NCBI GenBank assembly: GCA_051362555.1
Contig: CM120644.1
Location: 3,418,954-3,482,953 of the forward strand
Source of the DNA: Lingula anatina
Lineage: Eukaryota; Animalia; Brachiopoda
Length of the DNA: 64,000 nucleotides
Direction of reading: 5' to 3'
The position numbers and the translations under genes were made by a program. This document shows, in pieces, positions 1-13,033 of this stretch; the first letter of the stretch is position 1, and each line of letters starts with the position of its first letter. The notes beneath the pieces were generated by a model. That model was not told the origin of the DNA. It did not search any database and saw nothing but the letters and a program-made list of their open reading frames with translations.

Positions 1-3000
1 TGAGCAAGTTTCATTTCAGCTTTTTTCTTAAGTTCTAAGAGCTTTGCATTACCCTCTTTCTCAAGTTTCTCAGACTGATTTTTCAGTTCTTGCTCATGTT
101 TAGTTATCAAGTCTTGAATTTTGATATCACAGTCATTAGTTTTGGTCCCCAACTCCTCCTGAAGTTGAACATTTTGAGACTGCACATTCCCGAAATCATC
201 TGTCATTTTTGACAGTTTTGCACTGAAAGTGTCAAGTTTTGATGTGAGCTCGCTGCACTGGCATTCCAAGTCCTGTATCCTGCTCTGGGCTTGGGAAAAC
301 TCACTTTCATTTTCAGCAAGAGAATGTTCTAGTTCCACCCTACGATTTTCCTCAGCCCTTGCCTTATGCTGTACATCCTCAAGAGTGGCTTCGAGTTCTG
401 ATATTTTGTGCTCGGCCCTTTGTAATTCATTGACTTTCTCATCCACAGCCTGACGTGTTTCACTCTCCTTCATTTCTTGCTCAGTTCTAAGCAAAGACTG
501 AAGTTCGTGAATCTTGGTCTGGGCTTCAGAAATCTCATGTTGGCTTGAAGACAGTTCCTCTTGCAAGTCAGCAATTCTCTGCTCTTTGGCAAAAAGCTTT
601 GTCTTCATCTCCTCAACGTTTTGCTGTAATTCTTGCACTTTTTGTTCCTTTTCTGAAAGTTCCAGTTCTCTAGACTGCATTAGCTCCTGTGAGGCCTGGA
701 CTTGTGCCTTCTTGTTCTCCTCCAGCAGTTCTTCTAGGTTCTGAATCCTACTCTGCGATCCTGATAGCTCACTTTCATTCTCAGCTACAGTCTGTTCAAG
801 TTCCACCCTACGGCTTTCCTCAGCCCTAGCCTTATGTTGTACACCCTCAAGTGTAGCTTCGAGTTCTGAAACTCTGTGCTCAGCCTGTTGTAATTCATTC
901 AGTTTCTCATCCATGGCCTGTTGAGCTTCACTGTCATTCGTTTCTCTCTCAGTTCGAAGAATGGACTGAAGTTCCTGAACCTTGGCATGAGACTGAGCAT
1001 GCTCATGTTGGCTTGAGGACAGTGCCTCCTCCAAGTCAACGATTCTATGCTCGTCAGCAAAAAGTCTGGACTTTAACTCCTCAATATGACTCTCCAGTTC
1101 TACAACTTTCTGATCCTTTTCCTGAAGCTGGGACTGACTAGATTCTATCTGCTCCTGAGAGGCCTGAGCTTGGGCGTTTTTGTTTTCCTCCAGCATTCTC
1201 TCCAATTCTTCAATCCTGGCCTGTGCATGCTGGTGCCTCCCTTCACTTTCCTCCAAAGATTTCTCCAATTCTAACACTCTATTCCCTGCAGAGTGAGTCT
1301 TAGATCTCTCTGCTTCTAAGCAACTCTCCAATTCATTTGTTTTTTCTGCTGCCTCCTTGAGCTGAACTCTCAGAGCTTCCAAGTCCTTTTCATCTTGCTG
1401 GATCTGCTCTCCCATGCTAAAAGAGGTTTCCAATTGACCACGTAGCATTTCATTTTCCTGCACCTGGCTGCTTAGCCGAGTTTCTAATTCACTAATGGTT
1501 TCCTTGCTCTTTCCCTGAATCTCTTTAACCTTAGCCACATATTTTTGTTTTAATTCTTTCAACTTTTCATCATGCTCTTTTTTCAGGGTGCCCAATTCTT
1601 CCTGTTTTTGCTGTGATAGAGCCAACACTTTGTCTTCACTCTCCTGTACCTGACTCTCCATCGTCTTCTGAAATAGCTCCGCTCCTTCCCTTAGTTTCAT
1701 CCTATCAGCCTCAAACTGCTGCTGTTGTGCTATCAACTTTGCTTTGTATTGTTCCACCATGCTCTCATACTCCTGGGTATATTCATGCAGCTGTTCTTCA
1801 GTTCTGTTCAGCTTCTCCGTCAGCTCTTTTAACCTCTCCTGAAGTTCTGCGTCATTTTGGTGAAGTTCAACTATCTGTTTGTCATATTCTTGCTTCGTTT
1901 CTGTCAGTACTGCCTCGTGTTCCTGTCTTAGAGCCTCTTCTTTTTCTGTCATCAGCCGTTCATGATCTTCCACTTTCTGTTTAACTTGATTGTTTTCTTC
2001 TTTAAGTTTCACAAGTTCTGCCTCTTTTTCTTCCAAAGAGGCCTTGTACTCCAGAAGTTTGTTTGTTGCCTTTTCCTTGAGTTGAGCAAACTTTTCCTTG
2101 GTCTGCCTCAACTCCTCGTCTTTCCTCTCAAGATGTTTGTTCCCCTCAGCCACCCACAAGTCCTTCTCCTTCAGCTCGGACTTCAATTCTTCTTGCTGTT
2201 GACTTTGGACTTCTTCCAAATTAGATATAGTTTTATTTTTCTCCTGTATTATTTTTTCATATTCTACTTTCATTGTCTCACTGGACTCCTCAATTGCTGC
2301 CATTTTCTCGAGTGCCTTCTTCAACTCTTCTTCCTTAGTATCCAGTATCTGCTGATGAATTGCACTTTTCTCCTCCAACTGGTCACTGAGACTTTGAATG
2401 GATTCCTCCAGAGTTTTGTGTCTTTCTTCCATAGAGACAATAATGGCTTCCTTCTCTTTCACAATAGTCTCATACTCTTGGTTCAAGCTCTCTATCCTAT
2501 GCTCCAGCTGCTGGGTGACCGATCTTATAATTTCATCCTGACTCGCTGCGGAATCTTGGAGTCCGTCCACCTGATTTCTGAGAGCCTCATTCTGATTCTG
2601 AATCTCTGTGTAGCTGTGGATGTAGTCCTCAATGTCTTTCTGGAGGTTCTCATTTTGACTCTGAAGTTCTGTGAGCTTCTCATTAAAATGCCAGTCCTTT
2701 TCTTGCAGTTCTGTTTCGTGTTTTTCTTTAATTGCAGTCATCTCTGCCTCCAGTGCTGTTATTTTGTCTGTGCTCTGGGTTTTTTCTTCTTCCATGCGTT
2801 CTCGCATTTCTTTGAGTCTTGTTTTAGCATCCTCCCTTAGCTGCATGTACTGTTTTTTAATTTCTTCCTCTTTTTCTTTGTATTCTGCAGCTTGCTCCTG
2901 CATCTTGGACACCAGTTCCTGAAGTTTATTTTCCAATGTAGACAGGGCCTCATCTTTATCCTTCTCATTCTCTTCAAACTTCCTAAGCTTTTCCTCTCGC

Positions 3001-6000
3001 TCCTTTAAGTCATCTTCCATCTTGGTCCCCTGTTCTTGAGCCTGTCCCAAACTCTGAGTCAGGTGCACCATCTGTTGTTCAAAGCGTAGAGACTGCTCCT
3101 GTACTTTTGCTTCAGCTGCTTGCACTTTCTGTCTTTCCTCGGCCACTTGGTGATCTAGGGTTTCCTTCAACTCCTTTTCCCTGGTCCCGAATTGGGTTGT
3201 AAGCTCTTGGATCCGGTTTTCCAAACCTTCCATCTTTTCTCTGGCTTCTTCCAGCCTCGTCTCATAGTCTTGACACAGCACTTCTTCCTGGGACTTCCAG
3301 CGAGCAGCTTCCTCGGAGTGGAGCCTCTCTGTGGATTCCATAACCTGACGCCTTTCTTCGAGCTTCCCTTCTACATCCTCAAGCATGTGGGCCAGCTCAG
3401 ACAAGCTTTGATCTTTGGATTCTAATGCGGAACTCAAGCTGGCCACTTTCTCTTCCAAACTGGAAACCTTCTGGATTTGTGCCTGAATCTCAGAATCTTT
3501 TGTCAGAATTTCCCCTTGAAGGTTGCTAACTTGCTCCATAATAGCTTGGGTTTCGTGGTCGCCATTGTCCTTTAGGTGGCTCAGCTCTCTTTGCACATTT
3601 TCCATTTCAGAGACCAGTTTTTTCTTTTCTTCTTCAAAAGCTGAGGTAACTTGCTCCATTTCTGTTTTCAGATTTTCCTGATAGGAAGCCTCTAATTGTT
3701 CAGACTGTTCTTTACATTTATTTTCGTAACTTTGGCTCAGTTCTAACCTAACCCTATCCAGTTCCTCATGATGAGCAGATTCTAATTTCTCTATCTGTTC
3801 TTTAAGTAACATTAGTTCCTGATTACAAATACCTAGCTCACCTTTCAATTGTTCCACTTCTTCATCTTTTGACTGGCTATAATCCTGAAGTTCTCGAAGT
3901 TTCTGCTCGTTTAATTGGTAAACTTCCTGGAGTTTTTCTTCATGTGAGTGAGCAAGCTGCTGTTGCTTTTCTGCATGATCAGCAGCAAGAGATTCTACGT
4001 ACTTTTCATTATTTGCTTCAATTTCGCTGATTTTAGCTTCATATTCAGTCTTAAGGTTTTGAATCTGTTCTTGCCTCTGGTTCAACATCTCTTCTAATTT
4101 AGCTAGCTGATCAGATTTATCTTCACTAGCACTGAGTAAAGTCTGCTGTAGCTTTTGTTCATGCTCTGCAGAAAGTGTTTCTAATTGTTTTGCATGACCG
4201 TTCTCAATATCACGTATCTGAGTATCATACTCTGCCCTTTGGTTTTGAATCTGCTCCCGTGTCTGGTGTAACTCTTCCTCCAGCTTGGCAAGTTGATTGC
4301 TTTTAACTTCAATATCGTTTTGTAAAGGTTGTAACTGGAGCTGAAGCTGTTCTTTATGCTCCGTCACAAGAGAGTTAACGTGGCTTGTGTTGTTGGTTTC
4401 AATCTCACTTATTTTTGCTTCATACTCAGTCCTCAGGTTTTGAAGCTGTTCTTGTTTTTGGTTCAGCTCTTCCTCCAGTTTGGCAAGTTGATCGGTTCGA
4501 CGTTCAAGCTCACTCTGCAAAGCCTGCAGCTGGTTACCAATGGTTTCACTTTCCCTTTGAAGAGACTCCTTTTCTGCCTGTCCGTGCTCGTTCTCTTTAG
4601 CAATTACTTCAAGCTGGTGACTTTTTTGTTGTAATTCAGTTTGAAGACTCTCCACTTGCTGTTGATAGCTTTCTTTTTCTCCTTGTAACGTTAACATTTG
4701 CTGTTGTTTGCTTTCACTTTCATTTTTAAGCACCTCTATCACTTCATTGTTATTAGTAATTTCAGCAGTTAATGTTTCAACCTGCTGTTGCATAGCATGT
4801 AATTTTTGAACACTTTCCTCTGAGGCTGTCCTCAAATCCTCAATCTCTTTATCCTTATTCTGATTTTCTTTTTCTAGTTCATCAAGTTTCACTTTTCTTT
4901 CCTGTGCCATTCCCTGGGCTTCATCAAGCTGTTCTTGGAGTTTGGAGACACTCTCATTTGCCTCCTGGGCTACTTCTCTATGTTCTCGGCTCATTTCATC
5001 GAGCTGACTCAATAAGTCTTTCTCCTTGAGGGTCATTTCTTGCACCCTCCTCTCCAGTGTTGTGATGGTTTCATTGGCCTTGGACAATTTATCACTTAGT
5101 TCTACTGTGACTTCACTTACAGAGCTCTGCCTTTGAATTTCAACTGCCTCCACTTGTCTCTGCATTTCTTTTTCAAACCCTTCTTTCTCCATTCTCAGCC
5201 TGTCTTCATACTGCTCTACATAACTTTTTAATTCTTTATCTTTTTCCTCTCGAACTTTTTCGAGTGCAGATTTATCAGACTCTAATTCAGACACTTTGTT
5301 TTCCAAATCAGAAGTTTTGGATTCTAACTGAGAATTTTTTTGAGTCATTTCTTCAATGTTTTGATGCAGTGTTTGTATGAGATTGGACAGTTCCGTAATT
5401 CTGCCCACAAATTCGGCCTGTTTGACTTCAAAGTCTTTTTCTACATTCTCCCTATCTTTCTGTTGTTTTTCATTCTGCTCATTACTCTCGGTCAACTGTC
5501 TCTCAAGCCCAGAAATTCTCTCTTCGTACTCTTGACGCGTGGCATCAATTTGTGAATTCAGACTATTCTCCTGAGTTCTCAGGTCTTCAATTGTGCGGGA
5601 AAGTTGTTCAATTTGTGCCGCTTTCTCCTGTAACTGTGTCTCACTTTGTGACCTGACGCTGGACAGTTGCTCTTCGTGAAGATGCGCAAGGTCATCCAGC
5701 TGGGATTGCTTGTCTTGAATCTGGGCTTCTAGTTGACCTTTGACCTTTTGCAGGTGCTCCTTGAACTTGGCTTTCAGCTGGTCCATTTGTGTCTGTTTTT
5801 CTTGTATCTGGTTTTCGTGCTGGGTTTTTAAAGTCTCCATGTGTTCCTTAAACTGGACCTCGATATCAGAACTCGTCCCTTGTAAGGCCTCTTCATGTTT
5901 TCTATTCAAGACTTCTAATTCTTCAATGTGTTCTCTTCTCAAGGCAGACAGCTTTTCTTGTTCAGTTTGTTCGAAAGTCATTCTCATTTGCTCAATCTCT

Positions 6001-6140
6001 TCCTGTTGCTTGCTCTGAAGTTCAAGCAGTTCTTGTTTTTTGCGCTGGAAGTTATCTTCAATTTGATTTGTCAGATCTGCGACTTCTTGTCTGTGGTCTT
6101 CTGTCATTTTCTGTATAATGTTCTCCTGTTCTATTTGTTT
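1..6140 (-). CDS. GOLGA4: GOLGA4 giant coiled-coil exon 12 (partial, >2040 codons, open to window edge)
   Basis: Acceptor tttcag at 6141-6146, begins KQIEQENIIQKM; the same frame still reads AEMKLA at positions 20-3; absent from the ORF track, consistent with no in-frame stop inside the window. Confidence 0.88.
270..1230 (-). repeat. In-frame 468-nt (156-aa) tandem duplication inside GOLGA4 giant exon
   Basis: tcactttcattYtcagc...ccaccctacg...cctcagccct...gccttatg...cttcgagttctga occurs at 301 and 769 (period 468). Confidence 0.8.
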
Positions 6141-6440
6141 CTGAAATAAGGGAATTAATGTTAATCTTTCAGTGCTTGTTTGATTAAATATGAAAAATTT
6201 AATCTAATAATTTGTGTGATATAATTTAAGACAAGTGAAAGCTAAGCACCCTTTCTTTATCAGTTACAGCATAAATAAGAACCATCAAAAAGTTTTTTTT
6301 ATACATTATATGTTGTCAATCTCAACAATTAATTATGAAAATAAAATAATTGCCAAAGTACTTTAACATTCAGGTATGTCATCCTACTACAAATGTTCTA
6401 CAAAATCAACAGCAGAATAGAGGTATAAGATAAAACAAAC

Positions 6441-6620
6441 CCCCTTTAGCTGCTCTATCATCTGCTGCAGCTCATCCTTCTGCCCATCTTGAGCAGTCAG
6501 TGCTGCCATCTTCTGGAGTTCTCTCTCCTCTATAGCCAATCGTGTCTCATTCTCCTTCTCCTGGAGAGCTCTTTCAAGCTCTTCTTGTTTCTGCTTCAAG
6601 GCATGTTCTTTTTCTTTTTC
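6441..6620 (-). CDS. GOLGA4: GOLGA4 exon 11
   Basis: tag|EKEKEHALKQKQEELERALQEK...QLKG|gtttgt, 180 nt, phase 0/0. Confidence 0.8.
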
Positions 6621-6794
6621 CTAATCAAATAAGACATTTTTTTTACTTTGCAATTTCTACATTTTAACAACACACACCTGTCAAAAGTTCATACTGAATA
6701 AATCTCATAGACAATGTGAAAGCGATTTAGTCATGACCAAAATTTTCAAAAAAATTACAGTATGTTTTCTAACCAAATCTAAATTCATCTGTAC

Positions 6795-6935
6795 CTTGAC
6801 AACAAGAGCTTCTTGGTTTTCTTTTTCTTTCTCTGCCATTCTTTCCTCCCATTCCTTGGTGTTATTTGCCAGAGCCTCCTCTTTTTGCTGAGTCATCTCC
6901 TGGACCTTCTCCTCTAGTTTTCTCTCCATTTCTTG
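6795..6935 (-). CDS. GOLGA4: GOLGA4 exon 10
   Basis: cag|QEMERKLEEKVQEM...ALVVK|gtacag, 141 nt. Confidence 0.85.
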
Positions 6936-7184
6936 CTGTGAGGAGAAAAAACTAAATGCTAAATTATCAATTATCAATCATGGCATTGCAGATATGATAC
7001 CCCCTCATGTAGCACAGGGACCATTTTAACTGGGAACATTTTTTTAGGTTTCAAATTACACATGAAACATCACAAACCTTTTACTTTGGTGCTTCCACTC
7101 CAAGGATAGAACAAAGAACACTTTACTATTAATTTTTCTTTTTAATTTTTTATTCTAAATATTTAAAAATCTTTATCATTTTAC

Positions 7185-7363
7185 CTGCAGAAGTGTCACA
7201 GCAGCCGTCTTTCCTCTCTTCAATTCCTGGATCAAGTTTTGTTTCTCGTCTTCCAAATTCTTCTCTGCCTCTGCCAGTTTCTGCTGTGATTCCTCCACAA
7301 GCTTATTCTTTTCCTCCTTCAGTTTCTTGATGATCTCTCGAGACTTCTCCAGATGTTCCTTTC
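7185..7363 (-). CDS. GOLGA4: GOLGA4 exon 9
   Basis: aag|(G)KEHLEKSREIIKKLKEE...LIQELKRGKTAAVTLLQ|gtaaaa, phase 1/0. Confidence 0.85.
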
Positions 7364-7693
7364 CTTTATCAGGAAAAAAACAATTCTATCAACTTCATAT
7401 TATATTTTTTGTAGAGAAAACACACAATAACTTGAAATTAATTAATAAATAATGTATCTCAACAGCAACAAATGAGCAAAAAAGAAACATTTTCTATGAA
7501 AATATACACAATTTTTTAATCAAATTTTGGAACAGTTATTTTTCAGAATTTGTTATAACAATAAAACTAAAACTATGCCTCTTGCATTATGACATATACA
7601 CGTATTACAAATATTAAATTTTACATAATAATATATTCTTGACAATTTAAATTTTAACTTTCTTTTTTTTTTCTTAAATTCAATAATTCATAC

Positions 7694-7955
7694 CTTGTTT
7701 TTCCAGCTTCTCCACCTTTTCCTTCAGCTGTTCATTCTCCTCCGTCAAGCCGCGGCTGCTTTCCTTCACCCGGTTCAGCTCCTCGTCTTTCTCCTCCATG
7801 GCAACATGCATCTGCTGCTTGGCCTCTGCAATGGCCATGGCTTTCTCGGTCTCCAGGTCCTTGATCAGCTTCCTAGCCTCTAGAATCTGGTGTTTTAGTT
7901 TGTCCACTGCGGCTGATGGCGCTGGGCTGCTGACTGGGGTGGTGGGTGCCTCTTC
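7694..7955 (-). CDS. GOLGA4: GOLGA4 exon 8
   Basis: cag|EEAPTTPVSS...LETEKAMAIAEAKQQMH...LEKQ(G)|gtatga, phase 0/1. Confidence 0.88.
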
Positions 7956-8434
7956 CTGTCATACAGAGACAAAAAATATGTTCTCATATTTATAGAAAAA
8001 TACTAAATGGCTGTAACATGTTTTCTTTTCCTTGTTTTGTTTGGTTATATATATATAATGTTTTAATTTAATAGACCAGCCATACTGCCCACACAAGCCT
8101 TTTTAATGCCTTTTTTAAATGTTACACTTCTGTTAAATAGAGACCGAGTTAAGCTTCTTGGGGTTGATCAAAAGTTGAATTTTCTGTAACAGAAGAAGGC
8201 TACAGTATACAATGTGAACAGTAGTATATTTATATATTACTATAGGTTCCCACATGAAATACTGTGCTGTTCATGTAATAAAACATAAGACGAGACCACA
8301 TCATGGAGCAGAACTTTTAATTATAACAGTGAACACCAACTTTACACTTCTAATAGACTTGAAGAAAAAAATAAACTGACCTTGAAAATGCTACCATACA
8401 AACGTTAAACTTTCTACCCCAGACCAACCTTTAC

Positions 8435-8581
8435 CTTGGGTTTCTCCTGCTGTTGCTCCGCCCCCTTGGCGTCCAGCTGTTTCTGTAGAGCCTCCTTCTC
8501 ACTGACCAGCTGTGCTGTCTTCTCCTTGTTACTCTTTATTGTCTCCTTACATCTGTTCAGTAAACCCTCCAGTCTCTTCAC
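8435..8581 (-). CDS. GOLGA4: GOLGA4 exon 7
   Basis: cag|VKRLEGLLNRCKETIKSNKE...EKPK|gtaaag; the VKRxExLLxRCKETI motif is typical of golgin-245. Confidence 0.9.
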
Positions 8582-8981
8582 CTGGTGAGGACATTTTATA
8601 ACATTTTGATGCATGCCATAATATAACTGAGTAGGGGCTTTTGAGGTAATTATTTAAAATCTTCAAATGTCTCAGTTTTTTCAATGTTTGACTTTTTCAA
8701 GATTTATCATTTTGGGGCACTCACTACAACTAACTTTCTTACACAAAGTTTCCAAAAGTTTGAAATCATCATTTTTAAATTAATAACTTCATGAAATGTT
8801 TAAATTAAGCTTCCCTTACAGAACACCAGGAAACATTCTCTTATTAAGCATTTTTGATTAAGTTGACCATCCGAATAATAACATTTAATAGTCTAGATTG
8901 CTGGTTTTATTCACACTTTAATACTTAATAACTGACAGGATTTTTAAATAAAATCCTTACACTCTATCATTTGGCTATTAC

Positions 8982-9128
8982 CTTTTCTTTGAGTGCAGCA
9001 GCTTCACCAGCACCATCTGCAGGTGCCCCATCACCCTGCCCCCTGGTGGGCACTTCAGCCTTACTGGGGGCTTTCATCTTCTCCTCCAGTTCTGCTGGAA
9101 TTTCCTTGCCTTCCTTGAGAAGTTGGAC
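8982..9128 (-). CDS. GOLGA4: GOLGA4 exon 6
   Basis: cag|VQLLKEGKEIPAELEEK...AALKEK|gtaata, 147 nt. Confidence 0.85.
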
Positions 9129-9514
9129 CTGAAAGAAAATGAGTATAAGCTGTTGAAGTTTTCATTCTTAATCAGTTGGATTCAATGTTGAAGGGTAAGC
9201 TACAATTACTGAGAGATGACAAAAAACTGGTCAGGAGCAGCCGAGAAAATACTTCTTGAGCATGGCCAATTGATCTGCAGACTTATTCAAGAAAAATGTA
9301 ACTGCAGAGCTTTTCTAATTTTCTCCTGTTTTCAAGAAATCACTCAATGAATATTATCTTTTTCAAATCATTTGTTACGAGTCAATAAAAAACACCTTCA
9401 GATATCAATTCCTCACACACACACGACTGTTCAAGATGAGGGCAGAAGACAGCATATGAAGCAACTTCCACAATTCAAAATACATTAAACAAAATCAGTG
9501 CCAGAAATGTCTAC

Positions 9515-9670
9515 CTGCATCTGTAACACCTTCAGCTTCTCCTCCTTCTCCTCCATCATCAGCATGTAGTTGTCCTCGATGTGTCTCTTGGCCTGCTGGT
9601 CTAGCTGGACCTGTTCTCGCAGCTCTGAGATCCTGCGGAAAGCCTTGTCCTGGGACTGGGTCAGGGTATT
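9515..9670 (-). CDS. GOLGA4: GOLGA4 exon 5
   Basis: cag|NTLTQSQDKAFRRISELREQVQLDQQAKRHIEDNYMLMMEEKEEKLKVLQMQ|gtagac. Confidence 0.92.
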
Positions 9671-9925
9671 CTGGAAACAGAAACGATGTTTAACAAATAA
9701 TGGTTGATTTATTGTCCTGGGACTGGGTTAGGGTATTCTGGAGACATAGGGAAGGATAGTAGTAAAATTATGGTTGATTTATCATTCTGGGACTGAATAA
9801 GGACATTCTGGAGACTTGAGAAAGGTAATGAAGAAATGATGGTTGATTTGTTATTCTGAAACTGAGTAAGGATATTCTGGAGAAATGAGGATAATGATGA
9901 ATAATTTGAGAGTATTCTGCAGAGG
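9645..9925 (-). repeat. ~67-70 bp minisatellite made of copies of the exon-5 acceptor junction
   Basis: Units containing (minus strand) ccag|AATAcCCT.ACcCAGTccCAG with AG at 9671, 9738, 9808, 9877 and a partial copy at 9917. Confidence 0.8.
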
Positions 9926-10284
9926 GGAAGTTGACCAGAATAATGTTTAAGTATTGTGGAGAAGGAACAATTATGATGAATAACAGTCTGAGCTAATATA
10001 TCCCTGAAATTTATCATTCAAGCTTAGTTAACCGAGAAGCATGTATACTAGTTTCAACCTTTTTCATCTCCATGAAAAGGCAAACGGAAGTGAAAAATTT
10101 TAATGCCTTATCTTAGGATGGCATATTTGAAAGGTATAAAAATATTTTGCTCCAGGTGGGAAAAAGTAACTACTATATGATTTGAATAAAGATTCTACAA
10201 AGCTTGCAAAGTGGTGAATAAAAAGGTAAGGTCATGTACTGAGGAACTGAAGATTAGATAAATACTGTGATGGACAAATTTACA

Positions 10285-10640
10285 GACTGGATGACCTTGT
10301 GGTCAGAGTGTCTGCCACTGGAGTGGGAGGACATGGGATCAACCCTGTCCGGGGACATACTAGTCCTTCACAACAGTACCAGCAGTCTCTTCACTTGGCA
10401 CTCAGCACTTAGGGTTGAAGCAGGGGTAAAGTTCCTGGACTGGCAGTGAAACATTTTTGTTTGTGTTGTAACCTTCAGCACCTCAAATGGCAGCTGTGGT
10501 GTATCCTCCCCAGGGATGTCAGAATGTTCACAGCCAGTATGAATCAGGGCTCCAAAAATATGTCATGCATATTGTCATCTATGGTAAGCAGCACTGAGAT
10601 GTTAGGGAGTGTGGTATATAAGAACCAGACTTTTTTACTT
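10285..10640 (+). mobile_element. Degenerate tRNA-derived SINE, Meta-domain-like core
   Basis: A-box-like tggatgaccttgtggtcagagtg, B-box-like gggatcaaccc, central cttggcactcagcacttaggg resembling the MetaSINE core, T-rich tail. Confidence 0.6.
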
Positions 10641-11167
10641 GGTAAAAGATCAAGATTAAGATGCAGAAAACAAACAAAAAATTGCATGTAGGCAGGAAAT
10701 CGTGATGAAATCTTCAATTAAAATACTTAAAGGGTTATTTAAAGGGAACAGAAAATGGGTGTTGAGAGTACCGAAAACCTTTCTTGGGACTTCTCTAAGG
10801 TATCCTAAGATATAAACAGACAAGATTAAATAATTACGTTTTCAGCACACTCACAGTCAACTGAATTTCACCAAGATTGGTGTAAATTATTTAGCCATTT
10901 TCATAATTTATACAATAATATCAATAATAGGAATGCTTATGACTAAAGAAACAATTGTGTGCATTTAACATCTACAGCTTTATCCACATGCACAACACCA
11001 GACTATCCTTTGTTGGCAGTACTATTTCTTGAAGTACAGTTAAACAGAACTAGTATGTTTGCTTCTGGATTGAAATTATTTCTAAAATAGATGGGGAGAT
11101 TATCATGTTAGCCACTACATTATGAGGCCATAAAAAAGAAAAAGAAATACAAACTGTAGTTGCATAC

Positions 11168-11215
11168 CTTTAACTTCTCTCGCTCTCTATCTGTTTCCTG
11201 ATAGGCATTCATCAA
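11168..11215 (-). CDS. GOLGA4: GOLGA4 exon 4
   Basis: cag|LMNAYQETDREREKLK|gtatgc, 48 nt. Confidence 0.85.
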
Positions 11216-11395
11216 CTGCAAAATGAATTGAAAATGTTAAGATTTTATTTATAAGGATATCTGCACTCTATGATAATGACTATCCCAATATTATCTTAAG
11301 TAACAGACAGACATCCCGTCTGCTGAGACTTTGCTTGTTTTCATACGCTTGAGGCTCTGCCCCTGCATCATGGTGCACTCTCAGCTTCAGTCTTA

Positions 11396-11636
11396 TACCC
11401 CATTCACACTACAGATGCAAAAATGCGCATTTCTATAATCCGAATTTTTCGTGAGGAATTCGATTCGGTATTGCGTTCACACACGCTAAGCGAAACCGAA
11501 TTACACGTTGAAAATTTCAGGTTTAACTTTCTGTTTTGAACACTCGCGCATGCCCCGCACAGGAAATCTTAAAATACCAACAAAAATTTGTGATTCGCAA
11601 TTTATCCGGATAACTGAGCGTAGTGTGAACGGGGTA
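11396..11636. mobile_element. PIF/Harbinger (Tourist-like) MITE
   Basis: TIRs taccccattcacactac / gtagtgtgaacggggta, flanked by TTA on both sides (11393-11395, 11637-11639). Confidence 0.8.
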
Positions 11637-12772
11637 TTAGTCAAGTTGTAAACTCTCTTGAAAGGCAGGATGACAGGATTTTTTAAAATTATCAAAAATC
11701 AAATTTATCACTGTGGTCTGATTTTTTAAAAATCACGCTAATAACTTAGATTTCCAATTTTTGTTCTTGGGGGGGGGGTCATCATCAATTACTGACATTT
11801 TTGTCTCAGATAAGTCTAGACTGACAATCTGCTACAGTGATTAAATACTGCATAACTAACGACATGAGGTCAGCTGTGGTGAAATGATGTTGATGAATAC
11901 CTGACTGCTTTGTACTGAGTATATTCCATGTGATTAAAAAGTCATTGAAATTACTATTTGAAAAGTAATAGGGAGAGTTTCCGTAAACAAAGGCTAAACT
12001 CAGGGTTTTTTTTCTTTTATTTTGCTTAAATATTTTAGTTCATCCATTTCCTATTATTTAACTATAGTTTTCAGTAATGAAAGCACTTGTAACTTTCAGT
12101 GCCAACCACAGCCAATGAAAACCACTATGACTGCTGGTCTGATCACTTTATAACTTTTCACCTGTGACCTCACTTTCTCTTTCCTCAGCCCAAAACTCCT
12201 GTTTCTTTTGATCAAGTTTATTAGAAAGCAAAATTCTACCTTCACAGCAAGACATCCAGGCACTTTTTACCATCACTGTGTGAATATTTAATCACAAGTT
12301 AAGTCATGAGTCTGTGCTATAAATAAACCATTGCCTTAATTATCCAGTACACAGAACAATCTAGATTTATAGTTTTGTTGAATTGCACTGATGTATTTAA
12401 AAATCTCTGACAAAATTCCAAAGTGATTACAATTAAATATAGGTTGTTGTGGACACATGCTTAGTTTGATCTGATCCTATTTTTAGCAATATGGTTGACT
12501 GTTTGAAGTGTGTCGCAGTGTAAATAAAGTGCCAAATGGTTGATTCCAATGATATTATTAAATCACTTTTATGAATTTACAAATATGAAATGACAATAAT
12601 GAGAACAGTGAGCCAAAGACATGAAATATTTTTTTATCTAATTTCAAATAAAGTTTAATAATATTCAACATTTAACAAAATTTACAATATAAATGTTAAA
12701 TGTCAATGTTTTGGTTGTATTTAAAAAATAAAACATAATATCATTAGCATTATAATTACATATAATTCATAC

Positions 12773-13033
12773 CTGAGTAAACTTGGTCTTGTAGCGTACC
12801 ATCCTCTTCTCTACCTTCAACAGTTTCTGGAACAGTTCTTCCTTGGAGACATGACTTAGGTTGTGCTGCTGAGGAGTCTCTTCAAACTCACTCTCAATGT
12901 CGGAGGGTGGAACGTATTGGCGATGGGAAAGATCCAGCGGCGGAAACAAGGGGCTTTCACTGACGTTTGAGCTCATGGAAGAATGGCGGGAGCGCACGAC
13001 TGGAGACTCTGGCACCTCTGCTGTTATCATTTC
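12773..13033 (-). CDS. GOLGA4: GOLGA4 exon 3
   Basis: cag|EMITAEVPES...PPSDIESE...SKEELFQKLLKVEKRMVRYKTKFTQ|gtatga; the PPSDxESE motif is conserved in golgin-245. Confidence 0.9.

Noticed and set aside
229-6149. Many plus-strand Leu/Phe/Ser-rich ORFs, including 292 aa at 1962-2840
   Set aside because: Antisense shadows of the GAA/CAA/AAA-rich GOLGA4 coiled-coil exon
10285-10360. tRNA gene
   Set aside because: A/B boxes are degenerate and continue into a SINE core; no cloverleaf
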